The position numbers were made by a program, and so were the translations under genes. The notes under the pieces were generated by a model. It was not told where the DNA came from and did no database searches. It saw only the letters and a program-made list of their open reading frames with translations. From Candidatus Kerfeldbacteria bacterium (GTDB lineage: Bacteria; Patescibacteriota; Patescibacteriia; UBA9570; XYC2-FULL-38-9), in assembly GCA_016182555.1 (NCBI GenBank), contig JACPGJ010000002.1:48040-112039 (forward strand): a DNA stretch of 64,000 bases. The letters run 5' to 3'. Position 1 is the stretch's first letter. Each line of letters opens with the position of its first letter. Shown here one piece after another: positions 55,737 through 64,000 of this stretch.

Positions 55737-56294
55737 ATGTATAGCATGTCTGATTTAAAAGTTGGTACAACGATCACTCACGAAGGCGCACCGTATCAAA
55801 TTATTCGAGCCGAGCATTCAAAGCAAGCACGCAGCGCTGCGGTATTACGCACCAAAATGCGTCATGTGATTACGGGTCAAGTATTGGAAAAAACATTTCA
55901 ATCTGGAGATACGCTGCAACCTGCAGATTTAGAACGCGCGAAAGCGAACTATTTATATAAAGATGATGAAGGGCTCACCTTCATGAATAATCAAACGTTT
56001 GATCAATTTTTGTTGCCACACAGCGCTGTGGGTGAAGTTGCCAATTACGTAAAAGAAGGGGAAGATGTCGATGTGTTGTATTTTGAAGGCAAGCCGGTGA
56101 GTGTTGCTGTCCCCGCAAAAGTGACATTAACTGTTGTTGAATCACCGCCAGGTGTGAAAGGCGATTCTGCTTCTAATGTAACCAAAAAAGTTAAACTGGA
56201 AACGGGGCATGAGGTGTCTGTTCCATTATTTGTCAATCAAGGCGATAAAATTCGTATCAATACCTCCACGGGTGAGTACGTAGAACGAGCTTAG
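55737..56294 (+). CDS. efp: Elongation factor P (Arg-type modification loop)
   Basis: KVGTTITHEGAPYQIIRAEHSKQARSAAVLRTKMRHVITGQV. The loop reads K-Q-A-R-S-A-A, with Arg where beta-lysylated EF-Ps have Lys, like EarP-type EF-P (K-S-G-R-N-A-A). Confidence 0.8.
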   Translation: MYSMSDLKVGTTITHEGAPYQIIRAEHSKQARSAAVLRTKMRHVITGQVLEKTFQSGDTLQPADLERAKANYLYKDDEGLTFMNNQTFDQFLLPHSAVGEVANYVKEGEDVDVLYFEGKPVSVAVPAKVTLTVVESPPGVKGDSASNVTKKVKLETGHEVSVPLFVNQGDKIRINTSTGEYVERA

Positions 56295-56298
56295 TGCA

Positions 56299-59200
56299 CT
56301 ATTCAACTTGATTCGTTTCTTTTGTGGCATTAAGTGTGACTCGTGTGAGGTAATCCAGCACGCCAGTTTGTTGTAAGCCATGATTCAGTTGGAAACGTAG
56401 GAGTGCATGTTCGGTGGTTTCATCAAATACCTGGTCAGCTTCACGTTTTAAGAGATACAAACCGTGTAATCGTTTTTCCAAATAGAGTACGGCAGCATTC
56501 GAAATTCCCTGAGAGAGTTCTTCGGTAAACCCGAAACGAACACGAATTTTTTTATGAAGTGACCCACGCAAACCCGAAGGATTTTTTACATGAACGCGAT
56601 ATCGCTGTGGGGTGAATCCAGCCGGGATAGTGACTGTCATTTGATATGGATTCATAAACACCACGTTATCCATTCGTTTTTTGCCAAAGAATACACGGGA
56701 GCGTGGTTTAAAATTTTGTCCATTCATTTGGACGGTCCGATCAATATTATTTGATATCGATTGTACCGAAAGATTAGAGATGATTGGTCCGCCTTTTTGA
56801 ATATGTACTTTTTTTGCTGCCGTGAGTGTCGTGCCATCAGGCATCACCAACGAAAATGTGTACCGTCCGGTGGGTAAACCAGCAGGAACCGTGGCGGTGA
56901 TATGTTCGCGGTCGACAACAGTGACGGTGGAGAGTTCCATACCATTCAGGTACGCATGGGTTGTGCCGGTGAGTAAGAAATTTGTGCCACGTACCCGTAC
57001 GGTTTCATCTGTATTATTATTCACAAACCGATTTTTGACTTTCGTAATATGCGCACCATTTCCCAACAACCAAGTTGTGAGTGTATCGAGAACACTTGCT
57101 TTCGTTGTGTCACCGTCATCATTGATAGATTCAATACCGAAGGTGAGATAGACCAACCGGTAGGTGCTATTGTCTACACGTAAGCCCGCAATTTTTTCTG
57201 TGCTGTTCCCATTGGTGTAGGCAAATAGTGTATCTACACTATCATCAGCATTGATAGCAATTTCTTCTGCAGAAAAATTTGTATGTGCACTATCACCATT
57301 CAAATCGAAGTAATTGGTATTGAGCGTTACCCCATCAAAAGCACCACCGGTTGTGCCGAGCACGGTTTCCGGGTGGAAGAGAGTAGAGATGTACCGCGCA
57401 TGCGCATAGTTCCAAAGAAAGTCACTGGGCGTTTCCCATGTTTCAGCGGAAGCGAGTGATTCAGAAGAGAGCAAGAGGTTTCCGCCTTGATCCAAGTAGG
57501 ATTGCAGTACGCTGCTATCAGCTTCATTGAAGGCCGTGTCTAGCCAGATGACGGCAGGAAACAGGAGCAAGTCGGTATCTAGGGGTTCATATAATTGTGC
57601 AGAATTCCAAAGCATAACGGAGTACCCAAGGCTGGTGAGTGTATCCGCCACCGTATGCCCGGCCGTGCTGCAGGTGGAAACGCCGCCAGCACTCCATCCA
57701 TAGATGGTGGTGTCTCCGCAATATGAATTATCGACCACAAGAATGGTGGGTAATTCGCCGATCCAAAAATTTGTTGAACGTGTTGCGGTTTCTTCGCTAT
57801 CGATATCAGTGATAGTCACGTTCAGGGTATATTCACCGTTTGCCGCATCGGTCGGAATAGTGAGTGGAGCGGAATTGATTTGTTGTTGCATTCCACTATA
57901 CCAGTCAGTAGACAGATCAATTGTTTCAGTGGTACCGGTGAGTGCATCAATACTTGTTCCGCTGGGATCAGTTACCGTATAGGATATTTGTACATGGTGA
58001 TTTTCCCCATCGACCGTTGTTGCCTCTGCCCAAATGGTTATTTCATCGCCAGCCGCAAACAGATTATTAGATAGGCTGGTATTTTGCTGCATAAATGCAT
58101 TGATATCATCGGGGCCTGGATAAGATTGAGTGTGCATATCACTGAAATCTGTACCAGCTTCGTCATTGTTTTCGCCATAGTGATTCACGCCAATATTGTC
58201 TGGGGTAACGGTGTCTGGAAGAACAGCTATTGCTATCGTATTTCCCGTTGTGCTCGTTGGTGTTGCGGTAATTGTTGCCAGTCCTTCCGTGTCATCAGCA
58301 GTAAACGTGACGCTTGTGGTGCCATCTACACCCGTGGTTGAGTTACTGGCGGACAACGTACCAGTACTTGTCGACCATGTCACGTTATCACCGTTGACGG
58401 CATTGCCGCTGCTATCACGAACAGAAACGGTGACGATGATATCATCAGAACCATCTGCCAGGATAAACCCACCATCTGCATAGAGATAGGAAGAGGCATT
58501 AAGTGTACCGGTCGCTGCCAGTGCATTGACCGACCCGTACCCAGATACATAATCTGATCCGGTCATATTGCCGAAATCATCGGCGGTGGTTTCTAACACT
58601 TGGCGTATCGCTGCCGCTGTCGTAAGTGCGTGGGTTTGTGCGACTAATGCAGCAACACCCGCCACAAACGGCGATGCCATACTGGTTCCGGAATAGGAAG
58701 TGTAGGTATCGCCAGGAGTTGTAGAAAGAATATCATCGCCCGGTGCCATGATATCGACTTTCCCCCAATTGGAGAAATAGGCTTTTTCTCCATCTTCAGT
58801 GAGTGCGCCAACAGAAACAACACCAGCATAATTGGCTGGGTATGATGGGAGCGTAAAACTATTTTCATTTCCTGCTGCAGCAACCACTAATACGCCTGCC
58901 GCAACGGCGTAATCTACAGCTTCTTTTAAGGTATTCGAAGCTAAGCTACTCCCAAGGCTTAAGTTGATAATATCTGCGCCATTGTCTACCGCGTAGCGAA
59001 TACCATCAGCGATGTTGCTGTCATAGCCATAGCCTTCGGAATCTAATACTTTCACCGCCATCACTGCCGCCGACGGTGCAACCCCGCGCACACCAATACT
59101 ATTATCTTCTGCAGCGATAATGCCGGCGACATGTGTTCCATGTCCGAATTCATCTTGCGGCTCACTATCTGGTGCCACACTCGTATACAGGCTGCCAATA

Positions 59201-59709
59201 AAATCATAACCATACACATCATCCACATACCCATTGCTGTCGTTATCAATGCCATCATCAGCGGTTTCACCAATGTTTATCCAACGATTAGCGTTTAAAT
59301 CTTCATGTGCATAATCCACGCCGGAATCCACCACGGCAACAATCATTCCTAATCCAGTGGCGCCATTCGTGCTCGCTGCTTCCACGGCTTGTACGTTATC
59401 CGTGCCCCAGGATGTTTCTTGCCCATACGCGTGAACAAGCGGGTCACATTCGGCATAGGCCGTAGACGCTTGTGCATCCCATTCGTTCACCGCATCATCC
59501 ACTTGATCTGCTGAATCTACTGGAACGCTGATTCGTTGTCCATTTGTTTGTTTCACAATAATGTGGTTGGTGGCACAACCGGCATTGGTTGGTGTGTTTC
59601 CCGAATTCCATAACTCATCAGCACTTGTTGTGCTGGCGGCGAGGGGGTGCACAGGAAGAAGCAAAAGAGATGCAGCAACAAACCAGAAACGAATAGAGAA
59701 ATTGGTCAT
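56299..59709 (-). CDS. Secreted subtilisin-like serine protease (peptidase S8) with large C-terminal Ig-like/Thr-rich extension and terminal peptidoglycan-binding-like domain
   Basis: Signal peptide, then VAVVDSGVDYAHEDL (Asp), HGTHVAGIIAA (His), GTSMASPFVAGVAALV (Ser). C-terminal ALLRFQLNHGLQQTGVLDYLTRVTL is PG_binding_1-like. Confidence 0.8.
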   Translation of the reverse strand: MTNFSIRFWFVAASLLLLPVHPLAASTTSADELWNSGNTPTNAGCATNHIIVKQTNGQRISVPVDSADQVDDAVNEWDAQASTAYAECDPLVHAYGQETSWGTDNVQAVEAASTNGATGLGMIVAVVDSGVDYAHEDLNANRWINIGETADDGIDNDSNGYVDDVYGYDFIGSLYTSVAPDSEPQDEFGHGTHVAGIIAAEDNSIGVRGVAPSAAVMAVKVLDSEGYGYDSNIADGIRYAVDNGADIINLSLGSSLASNTLKEAVDYAVAAGVLVVAAAGNENSFTLPSYPANYAGVVSVGALTEDGEKAYFSNWGKVDIMAPGDDILSTTPGDTYTSYSGTSMASPFVAGVAALVAQTHALTTAAAIRQVLETTADDFGNMTGSDYVSGYGSVNALAATGTLNASSYLYADGGFILADGSDDIIVTVSVRDSSGNAVNGDNVTWSTSTGTLSASNSTTGVDGTTSVTFTADDTEGLATITATPTSTTGNTIAIAVLPDTVTPDNIGVNHYGENNDEAGTDFSDMHTQSYPGPDDINAFMQQNTSLSNNLFAAGDEITIWAEATTVDGENHHVQISYTVTDPSGTSIDALTGTTETIDLSTDWYSGMQQQINSAPLTIPTDAANGEYTLNVTITDIDSEETATRSTNFWIGELPTILVVDNSYCGDTTIYGWSAGGVSTCSTAGHTVADTLTSLGYSVMLWNSAQLYEPLDTDLLLFPAVIWLDTAFNEADSSVLQSYLDQGGNLLLSSESLASAETWETPSDFLWNYAHARYISTLFHPETVLGTTGGAFDGVTLNTNYFDLNGDSAHTNFSAEEIAINADDSVDTLFAYTNGNSTEKIAGLRVDNSTYRLVYLTFGIESINDDGDTTKASVLDTLTTWLLGNGAHITKVKNRFVNNNTDETVRVRGTNFLLTGTTHAYLNGMELSTVTVVDREHITATVPAGLPTGRYTFSLVMPDGTTLTAAKKVHIQKGGPIISNLSVQSISNNIDRTVQMNGQNFKPRSRVFFGKKRMDNVVFMNPYQMTVTIPAGFTPQRYRVHVKNPSGLRGSLHKKIRVRFGFTEELSQGISNAAVLYLEKRLHGLYLLKREADQVFDETTEHALLRFQLNHGLQQTGVLDYLTRVTLNATKETNQVE

Positions 59710-59781
59710 ACAATAGGCTAATGAATAAATATATTATTCATCATACTAGTAAATAAAAAAAAATTCCAGTACAATAGAGTT

Positions 59782-61101
59782 ATGAAATATACAAAAATTA
59801 TTTGTACGATTGGCCCAGCTTCACATACCAAAACACGATTGAAGCAAATGATTCGTGCGGGAATGAATGTGGCACGTTTGAATTTTTCTCATGGTGATTA
59901 TGCAGACCATGCAAAATTGATTCGCACCATTCGCCGTGCAGCGCAAGAATGTGGTCGACCAATAGCCCTGCTTCAAGATTTACAAGGGCCGCGTATTCGT
60001 ATTGGTGTTGTGCCGCGGGAGGGGATAATGATTCATAAAAAAGATTCCATTGTTTTAGTTTCACAAACGGAATATGCACGCGCAGCAACACCACGCGTAA
60101 AAGCAGCTATTTCGATCCCTATTCAATATGCCAAACTATACACTGTGGTGAAACCAGGCGGACGTATTTTGATTCAAGATGGGTTGATAGAATTGCAGGT
60201 GGAACGTATTGCAGAGAAAAATGTGTATTGTCGAGTAGTGCAAGGTGGTGTGGTATTTTCGCACAAGGGGCTTAATGCACCGGGCGTGACTATCCCTGCT
60301 AAAGTGATTACGGCTAAGGACGAAGCAGATTTGAAATTTGGGCTCTCTCAAGGAATAGATTATGTCGCGCTTTCGTTTGTGAAAGATGCAAAAGATATTC
60401 TCGATTTACGTAAACGTATTCCCGCGAAGAAGCGTGTAAAAATTATTGCCAAAATTGAACGCGCTGAAGCGGTGAAAAATTTCGATCGTATTGTCAACGC
60501 CGCAGATGGAATCATGGTGGCGCGTGGGGATTTGGGAATTGAAATTGGTTCAGCAAGCGTGCCGGTGCGGCAAAAAGAAATGATAGAGCAGTGTATACGT
60601 CTGGGCAAACCGGTCATTGTGGCAACGCAAATGTTAGAATCGATGACTCAGCAACCAAGGCCCACACGCGCCGAAGCTTCCGATGTTGCCAATGCCGTCA
60701 TCGATCATACAGATGCGGTGATGTTGTCCGCTGAAACGGCCAGTGGAAAATTTCCGGTAGAGACCGTGCGGATGATGGCAGAAATTATTCAACAAACTGA
60801 AGCTTCTCGTTTTGATGACATGTCTGAGGGTGTTCAAAGAAAAATGGTTCACCCGGTGTTTGACCTGTTTGGTCGCGACAGCATAGAAAAAGCACAATCT
60901 ATGCGTGCAAAAAAAATTATACTCTCTAGTGAATATGGTGAAGAAGCATTAGCACTCAGTCAACTACGTTCACAACAGGTTCGCGTTATTGTTCGTACTT
61001 CTCGTGCACAAACGCAGCGACATCTGGCATTGGTTTGGGGGATAGAAACTCAGCGGGTCAAGAAATTAAACAGATCTTCTCGGGTGTTGTTTCTTCGTTG
61101 A
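59782..61101 (+). CDS. pyk: Pyruvate kinase
   Basis: MKYTKIICTIGPASHT...ARLNFSHGDYADHAKLI...MVARGDLGIEIGSASVPVRQKEMIEQC...VIVATQMLESM. Confidence 0.85.
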   Translation: MKYTKIICTIGPASHTKTRLKQMIRAGMNVARLNFSHGDYADHAKLIRTIRRAAQECGRPIALLQDLQGPRIRIGVVPREGIMIHKKDSIVLVSQTEYARAATPRVKAAISIPIQYAKLYTVVKPGGRILIQDGLIELQVERIAEKNVYCRVVQGGVVFSHKGLNAPGVTIPAKVITAKDEADLKFGLSQGIDYVALSFVKDAKDILDLRKRIPAKKRVKIIAKIERAEAVKNFDRIVNAADGIMVARGDLGIEIGSASVPVRQKEMIEQCIRLGKPVIVATQMLESMTQQPRPTRAEASDVANAVIDHTDAVMLSAETASGKFPVETVRMMAEIIQQTEASRFDDMSEGVQRKMVHPVFDLFGRDSIEKAQSMRAKKIILSSEYGEEALALSQLRSQQVRVIVRTSRAQTQRHLALVWGIETQRVKKLNRSSRVLFLR

Positions 61102-62316
61102 TTTTCGACGTTTCACCCAAAAATAGAGTATCAATAATACAATACACAGACCAATGATACTCCCAAAACGTATCCCTGTTGATTTTTGTTTACCGATATC
61201 CGCAATCCGAAAAGAAAAATTTGTGCTGGGTGATTCTCCTCCAGGATATCGAAGGAATACGGCCAGGGTATATCTTCCTTCATCAATAATCGTTAGCGTG
61301 TCTGTAACGGGAGTGTCTGTTTGTGGTGGTAGCGCGTATGGCATTTCTCGAGTCTGTACAACCCGGTCTCCATCTCTGAGCTCGATAATCAGATGGGTTG
61401 GAATCCATGATGATGTGTTATTGATCGCTGCTGCGGCAATCGTGAGAGGAGTATTGTTTTGGTAGAATGCACTTGTCTCTTCCCGCTGTTCACCTTGCAG
61501 TGTCACCAATGCGAATGCAGGCGTGAATGCAATGGATTCCGGTGGCAGAATTTCTAATAATAACTGACGTTCCGCACTCACTGCATCTGCTGCATCAGTG
61601 ATTGATATATTCATCAAATAGTTTCCGACATCCAAAGAATTGGATAACAGATAAAATTGTGTTTGATCAGAAAAAGCGGAAACGGGGGCTTGCTGCATTG
61701 CTGCATCGTGGGTCATAAAGATGTGTTCATTCTCCATATCCGTGACGACAATGGAGATATGCGTAGGCGCAGCAGGAACATTGCCCGTATTACGCACTGT
61801 ATAAAAAATAGGTATTTCCCACCCAGATTCTTGTGGAGTAGTCATAATATCAGTCACCGTATATGCGGTAACGGAGTGTTGTTGTATCGTGAGTTCAACC
61901 GGAATGGCAAGCGTTTCCATAAGGGTTGCTATGGTATTAGAGTCATTGTGAGTAGGCGCAGCTGATGGTTGTTTGGAAATGTATATGTTTCCAGAAAATT
62001 GTTGGTCAACTATTTCTGCAGGCACTTGAATATGCACATGGAAGGGTATGCTTGAGCTATCGGCCGGTAAGGTGATTGTTGTTCCTTCTTCAATAGACAC
62101 AATAGAAGCGATGGTATCATCAATCACCAATTGATATGTACTTTCCTCTGTGTTCCCGCTATCACTGAGTGCAAATTGTACGGTATAGGAAGAATCAGAC
62201 ACCAATAGATCATTTTTTATTTGAGAAGGACTGATCCCTATACCAACACACCTATTCGGAATAGACCACGCAATGGTGATGAGGGTGATACTACACAATA
62301 GAGAGAAAAATTTCAT
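61066..62316 (-). CDS. Hypothetical cell-surface protein (signal peptide, beta-rich, C-terminal TM anchor plus basic tail)
   Basis: MKFFSLLCSITLITIAWSIPN signal. C-terminal GIRFGSIIGLCIVLLILYFWVKRRKSTKKQ anchor. Convergent with, and overlapping, the pyk 3' end. Confidence 0.4.
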   Translation of the reverse strand: MKFFSLLCSITLITIAWSIPNRCVGIGISPSQIKNDLLVSDSSYTVQFALSDSGNTEESTYQLVIDDTIASIVSIEEGTTITLPADSSSIPFHVHIQVPAEIVDQQFSGNIYISKQPSAAPTHNDSNTIATLMETLAIPVELTIQQHSVTAYTVTDIMTTPQESGWEIPIFYTVRNTGNVPAAPTHISIVVTDMENEHIFMTHDAAMQQAPVSAFSDQTQFYLLSNSLDVGNYLMNISITDAADAVSAERQLLLEILPPESIAFTPAFALVTLQGEQREETSAFYQNNTPLTIAAAAINNTSSWIPTHLIIELRDGDRVVQTREMPYALPPQTDTPVTDTLTIIDEGRYTLAVFLRYPGGESPSTNFSFRIADIGKQKSTGIRFGSIIGLCIVLLILYFWVKRRKSTKKQHPRRSV

Positions 62317-62322
62317 ACATGC

Positions 62323-64000
62323 TTAATCAATATTCGGATCAGAAACAGCGGTAAAGGTAATCGTTCCAGAACAAGAACCATCGACGCCCGTTGTCGGCAT
62401 TCCCATCCCCCAATACAGTGTTCCTGTTGTTGAAGCATCAGTGCGTTGCGCAATATCGAGATCAATTTCTGTCGCAGAACCGGTTAATGCTGTTCCCGCT
62501 AAATCATAATCAAATGTGCTGGTACTATACTCTTCATTTCCAATCGACACTTTGCCAATAGTACACGAAAGCGCATATCCATCAGCCGGGGAAGAACCAT
62601 AACCAGAAACCGAAACATCAATACCTTCATTGCCCGTATTCGTAATGGTCGTGCTTTGGTTAGTGGTATCCGTATTCGCACCTAGTGCCAGTGTTCCATA
62701 ACTCACGCTCGATGTCACATTTAATGCTGTTAATGTATTCATTTCAATGGTATCACTATCTGTTGTCCCAGATTCTGTCGCGTCACTTGGGGTAATAAGT
62801 GCCGTCCAATTATCTGTTGAATTGACACTAGCAGCATCCGTGGGGTCAGCAAAATATTGTGTGTTAATAGTACAGGTATACGTTGCGGTATTATCACCTC
62901 CGCCACCGCAACTCCCACCATCTTGTGTACAGGAAACCGTGTAATGATTGTTATCATCATCCGCCGCACCGCTCCCCACTGAAGTTCGATAAAATTTTGC
63001 CTGGGCACTGGCAATATCACTACAACCATTCGTATCAGTGACAGTCGTCGTTACCGTCACCGCGGTTGTGGTATTTTCTGTCAGAGTCACTGATGCAGCA
63101 GCGGTATTAATGCTGGTGCTGGAAGCCACCGGAACAGCATTGCTGACAGCAGTAGTGGTAAATGTGATGCTTGATGACCAACTGGAATTGCCGCTGCTGT
63201 TGGTGTGGCGTACACGAATATAATAGGTCGTGTTTGTGGCTAATTGTGTTTGACCAACCAGTGCATTTTGAAACGTACCATTTGTTGTATCGACCGTGAT
63301 ACTCGTTTTATTTGTATTATCACTCATTTTGCACCACACAATATTGGTATCAGAACAATCGCTGTCAGAAAACGTATTATTATCAGAAATTTGCCAATCA
63401 GAAGTATTATGAGCGCCAATACCAGCGTAGGTAGATGACGTGGTGGTCGGATTTCGACTCACCCCAGTTTGACTCGCTGTTGGTGAAGTAATAGAAGGAG
63501 TATTTGGTATGCCATATACTGTACAATCATTCCCCGCTGTTGCTGTACTGGTTGCACTACCTCCGGTACAGCTGGTTGTTCCAGAAAAATTATAAGTGCC
63601 ACTTAACGCAATTAATCCGCCGCCGCCGCCGCCGCCTTTGGTTGTTGCGCCGTTTCCACCAGTGCCACCATTGGCGGTTAAAGAACCGATGCCACTTAAT
63701 GTGCCGTATGTTAAATAAATAGATCCACCAGCGCCACCACCGGCACCATAACCACCACCGGCTGCGCCATTTGAACCATTAGAAGTAATACTACCGTTAA
63801 TAGTCATGGTACCGGAAGCGGAAATTTCCACTGCTCCACCGCCATCACCACCGGTTGAACCACTGTTGTTACTACCTCCGCCACCTGATCCTAAATCAAC
63901 CGGTGCAGCAGCCGTATCATACGTACCACCACCAATACCGGTTGGAGACGAAGCACTACTGCCATTCCCTCCGGCTCCGCCATGGCCAGCGCCACCACCA
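62323..64000 (-). CDS. Large Gly/Thr/Ser-rich secreted repeat protein, 5' end outside the window
   Basis: The frame stays open to the window edge, with GGxGGxG runs continuing upstream of the annotated Met. Low complexity; likely an adhesin or S-layer-like protein. Confidence 0.4.
   Translation of the reverse strand, partial: GGGAGHGGAGGNGSSASSPTGIGGGTYDTAAAPVDLGSGGGGSNNSGSTGGDGGGAVEISASGTMTINGSITSNGSNGAAGGGYGAGGGAGGSIYLTYGTLSGIGSLTANGGTGGNGATTKGGGGGGGLIALSGTYNFSGTTSCTGGSATSTATAGNDCTVYGIPNTPSITSPTASQTGVSRNPTTTSSTYAGIGAHNTSDWQISDNNTFSDSDCSDTNIVWCKMSDNTNKTSITVDTTNGTFQNALVGQTQLATNTTYYIRVRHTNSSGNSSWSSSITFTTTAVSNAVPVASSTSINTAAASVTLTENTTTAVTVTTTVTDTNGCSDIASAQAKFYRTSVGSGAADDDNNHYTVSCTQDGGSCGGGGDNTATYTCTINTQYFADPTDAASVNSTDNWTALITPSDATESGTTDSDTIEMNTLTALNVTSSVSYGTLALGANTDTTNQSTTITNTGNEGIDVSVSGYGSSPADGYALSCTIGKVSIGNEEYSTSTFDYDLAGTALTGSATEIDLDIAQRTDASTTGTLYWGMGMPTTGVDGSCSGTITFTAVSDPNID

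Noticed and set aside
1-64000. Alternative genetic code (UGA=Gly, code 25) as seen in some candidate-phyla bacteria
   Set aside because: Long uninterrupted ORFs with recognisable domains are obtained under the standard code with TGA as stop, and several genes terminate at TGA with sensible C-termini. No evidence for recoding.
1-64000. CRISPR array, rRNA or tRNA genes
   Set aside because: No regularly spaced short direct repeats with unique spacers were seen. No rRNA-like conserved blocks or convincing tRNA cloverleaf candidates were found by eye. This cannot be fully excluded without tRNAscan or Infernal.

Overview
The window is low-GC (about 40% by eye) bacterial DNA that changes character several times. 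Positions 1-4.4 kb are a toxin-antitoxin island: VapBC, a HepT/MntA pair, a decayed VapB/VapC' copy and a nucleotidyltransferase fragment, with one conserved ~40-bp promoter/operator element upstream of each operon. Positions ~4.85-7.9 kb are a strikingly GC-rich segment (roughly two-thirds G+C by eye) encoding a secreted protein and a lipoprotein built from MopE-type Cys/Asp-rich repeats typical of high-GC lineages; this is either an acquired island or a chimeric join. Positions 7.9-11.3 kb look like a phage-derived cassette array: two paralogous Bro-N/KilA-N-like genes, a frameshifted DUF2335-like gene and a small wHTH gene, each behind a repeated terminator-promoter-leader-hairpin module. 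Positions 11.4-28 kb are a cell-surface glycan locus: O-antigen-ligase-like protein, several GT4/GT2 glycosyltransferases, a methyltransferase, a GtrA-like flippase, UDP-glucose dehydrogenase plus UDP-glucuronate decarboxylase (the UDP-xylose route), large secreted beta-helix, FG-GAP and DUF11-like proteins, and a GT4 ORF that reads through without a stop into a signal-peptide-bearing beta-helix protein. Positions 28.3-38 kb couple PAPS synthesis (sat, cysC, DHH-family pAp phosphatase) with GT-C-like membrane proteins and two alkaline-phosphatase-superfamily enzymes, with no sulfite-reduction genes; this is a candidate glycan/lipid sulfation system with no recognisable sulfotransferase. Positions 40-46.5 kb form an operon-like cluster of a GT4, a Wzx-like flippase, an NTP-transferase, a glycerol-1-phosphate-dehydrogenase-like enzyme and two CDP-alcohol phosphatidyltransferases, suggesting a CDP-activated polyol-phosphate head-group pathway. 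Positions 46.5-54.1 kb add tandem PMT/ArnT-like GT-C paralogs, more GTs and an orphan Wzm permease. Positions 54.3-64 kb are core genes (rpsF-ssb-rpsR, efp, pyk), a large S8 protease and Gly-rich surface proteins. A four-copy palindromic intergenic repeat family (~52-bp core), a 32-bp perfect palindrome and several structured intergenic elements are also present. No rRNA, tRNA or CRISPR array was recognised. All calls rest on reading the six-frame translations and the DNA by eye; nothing was run.
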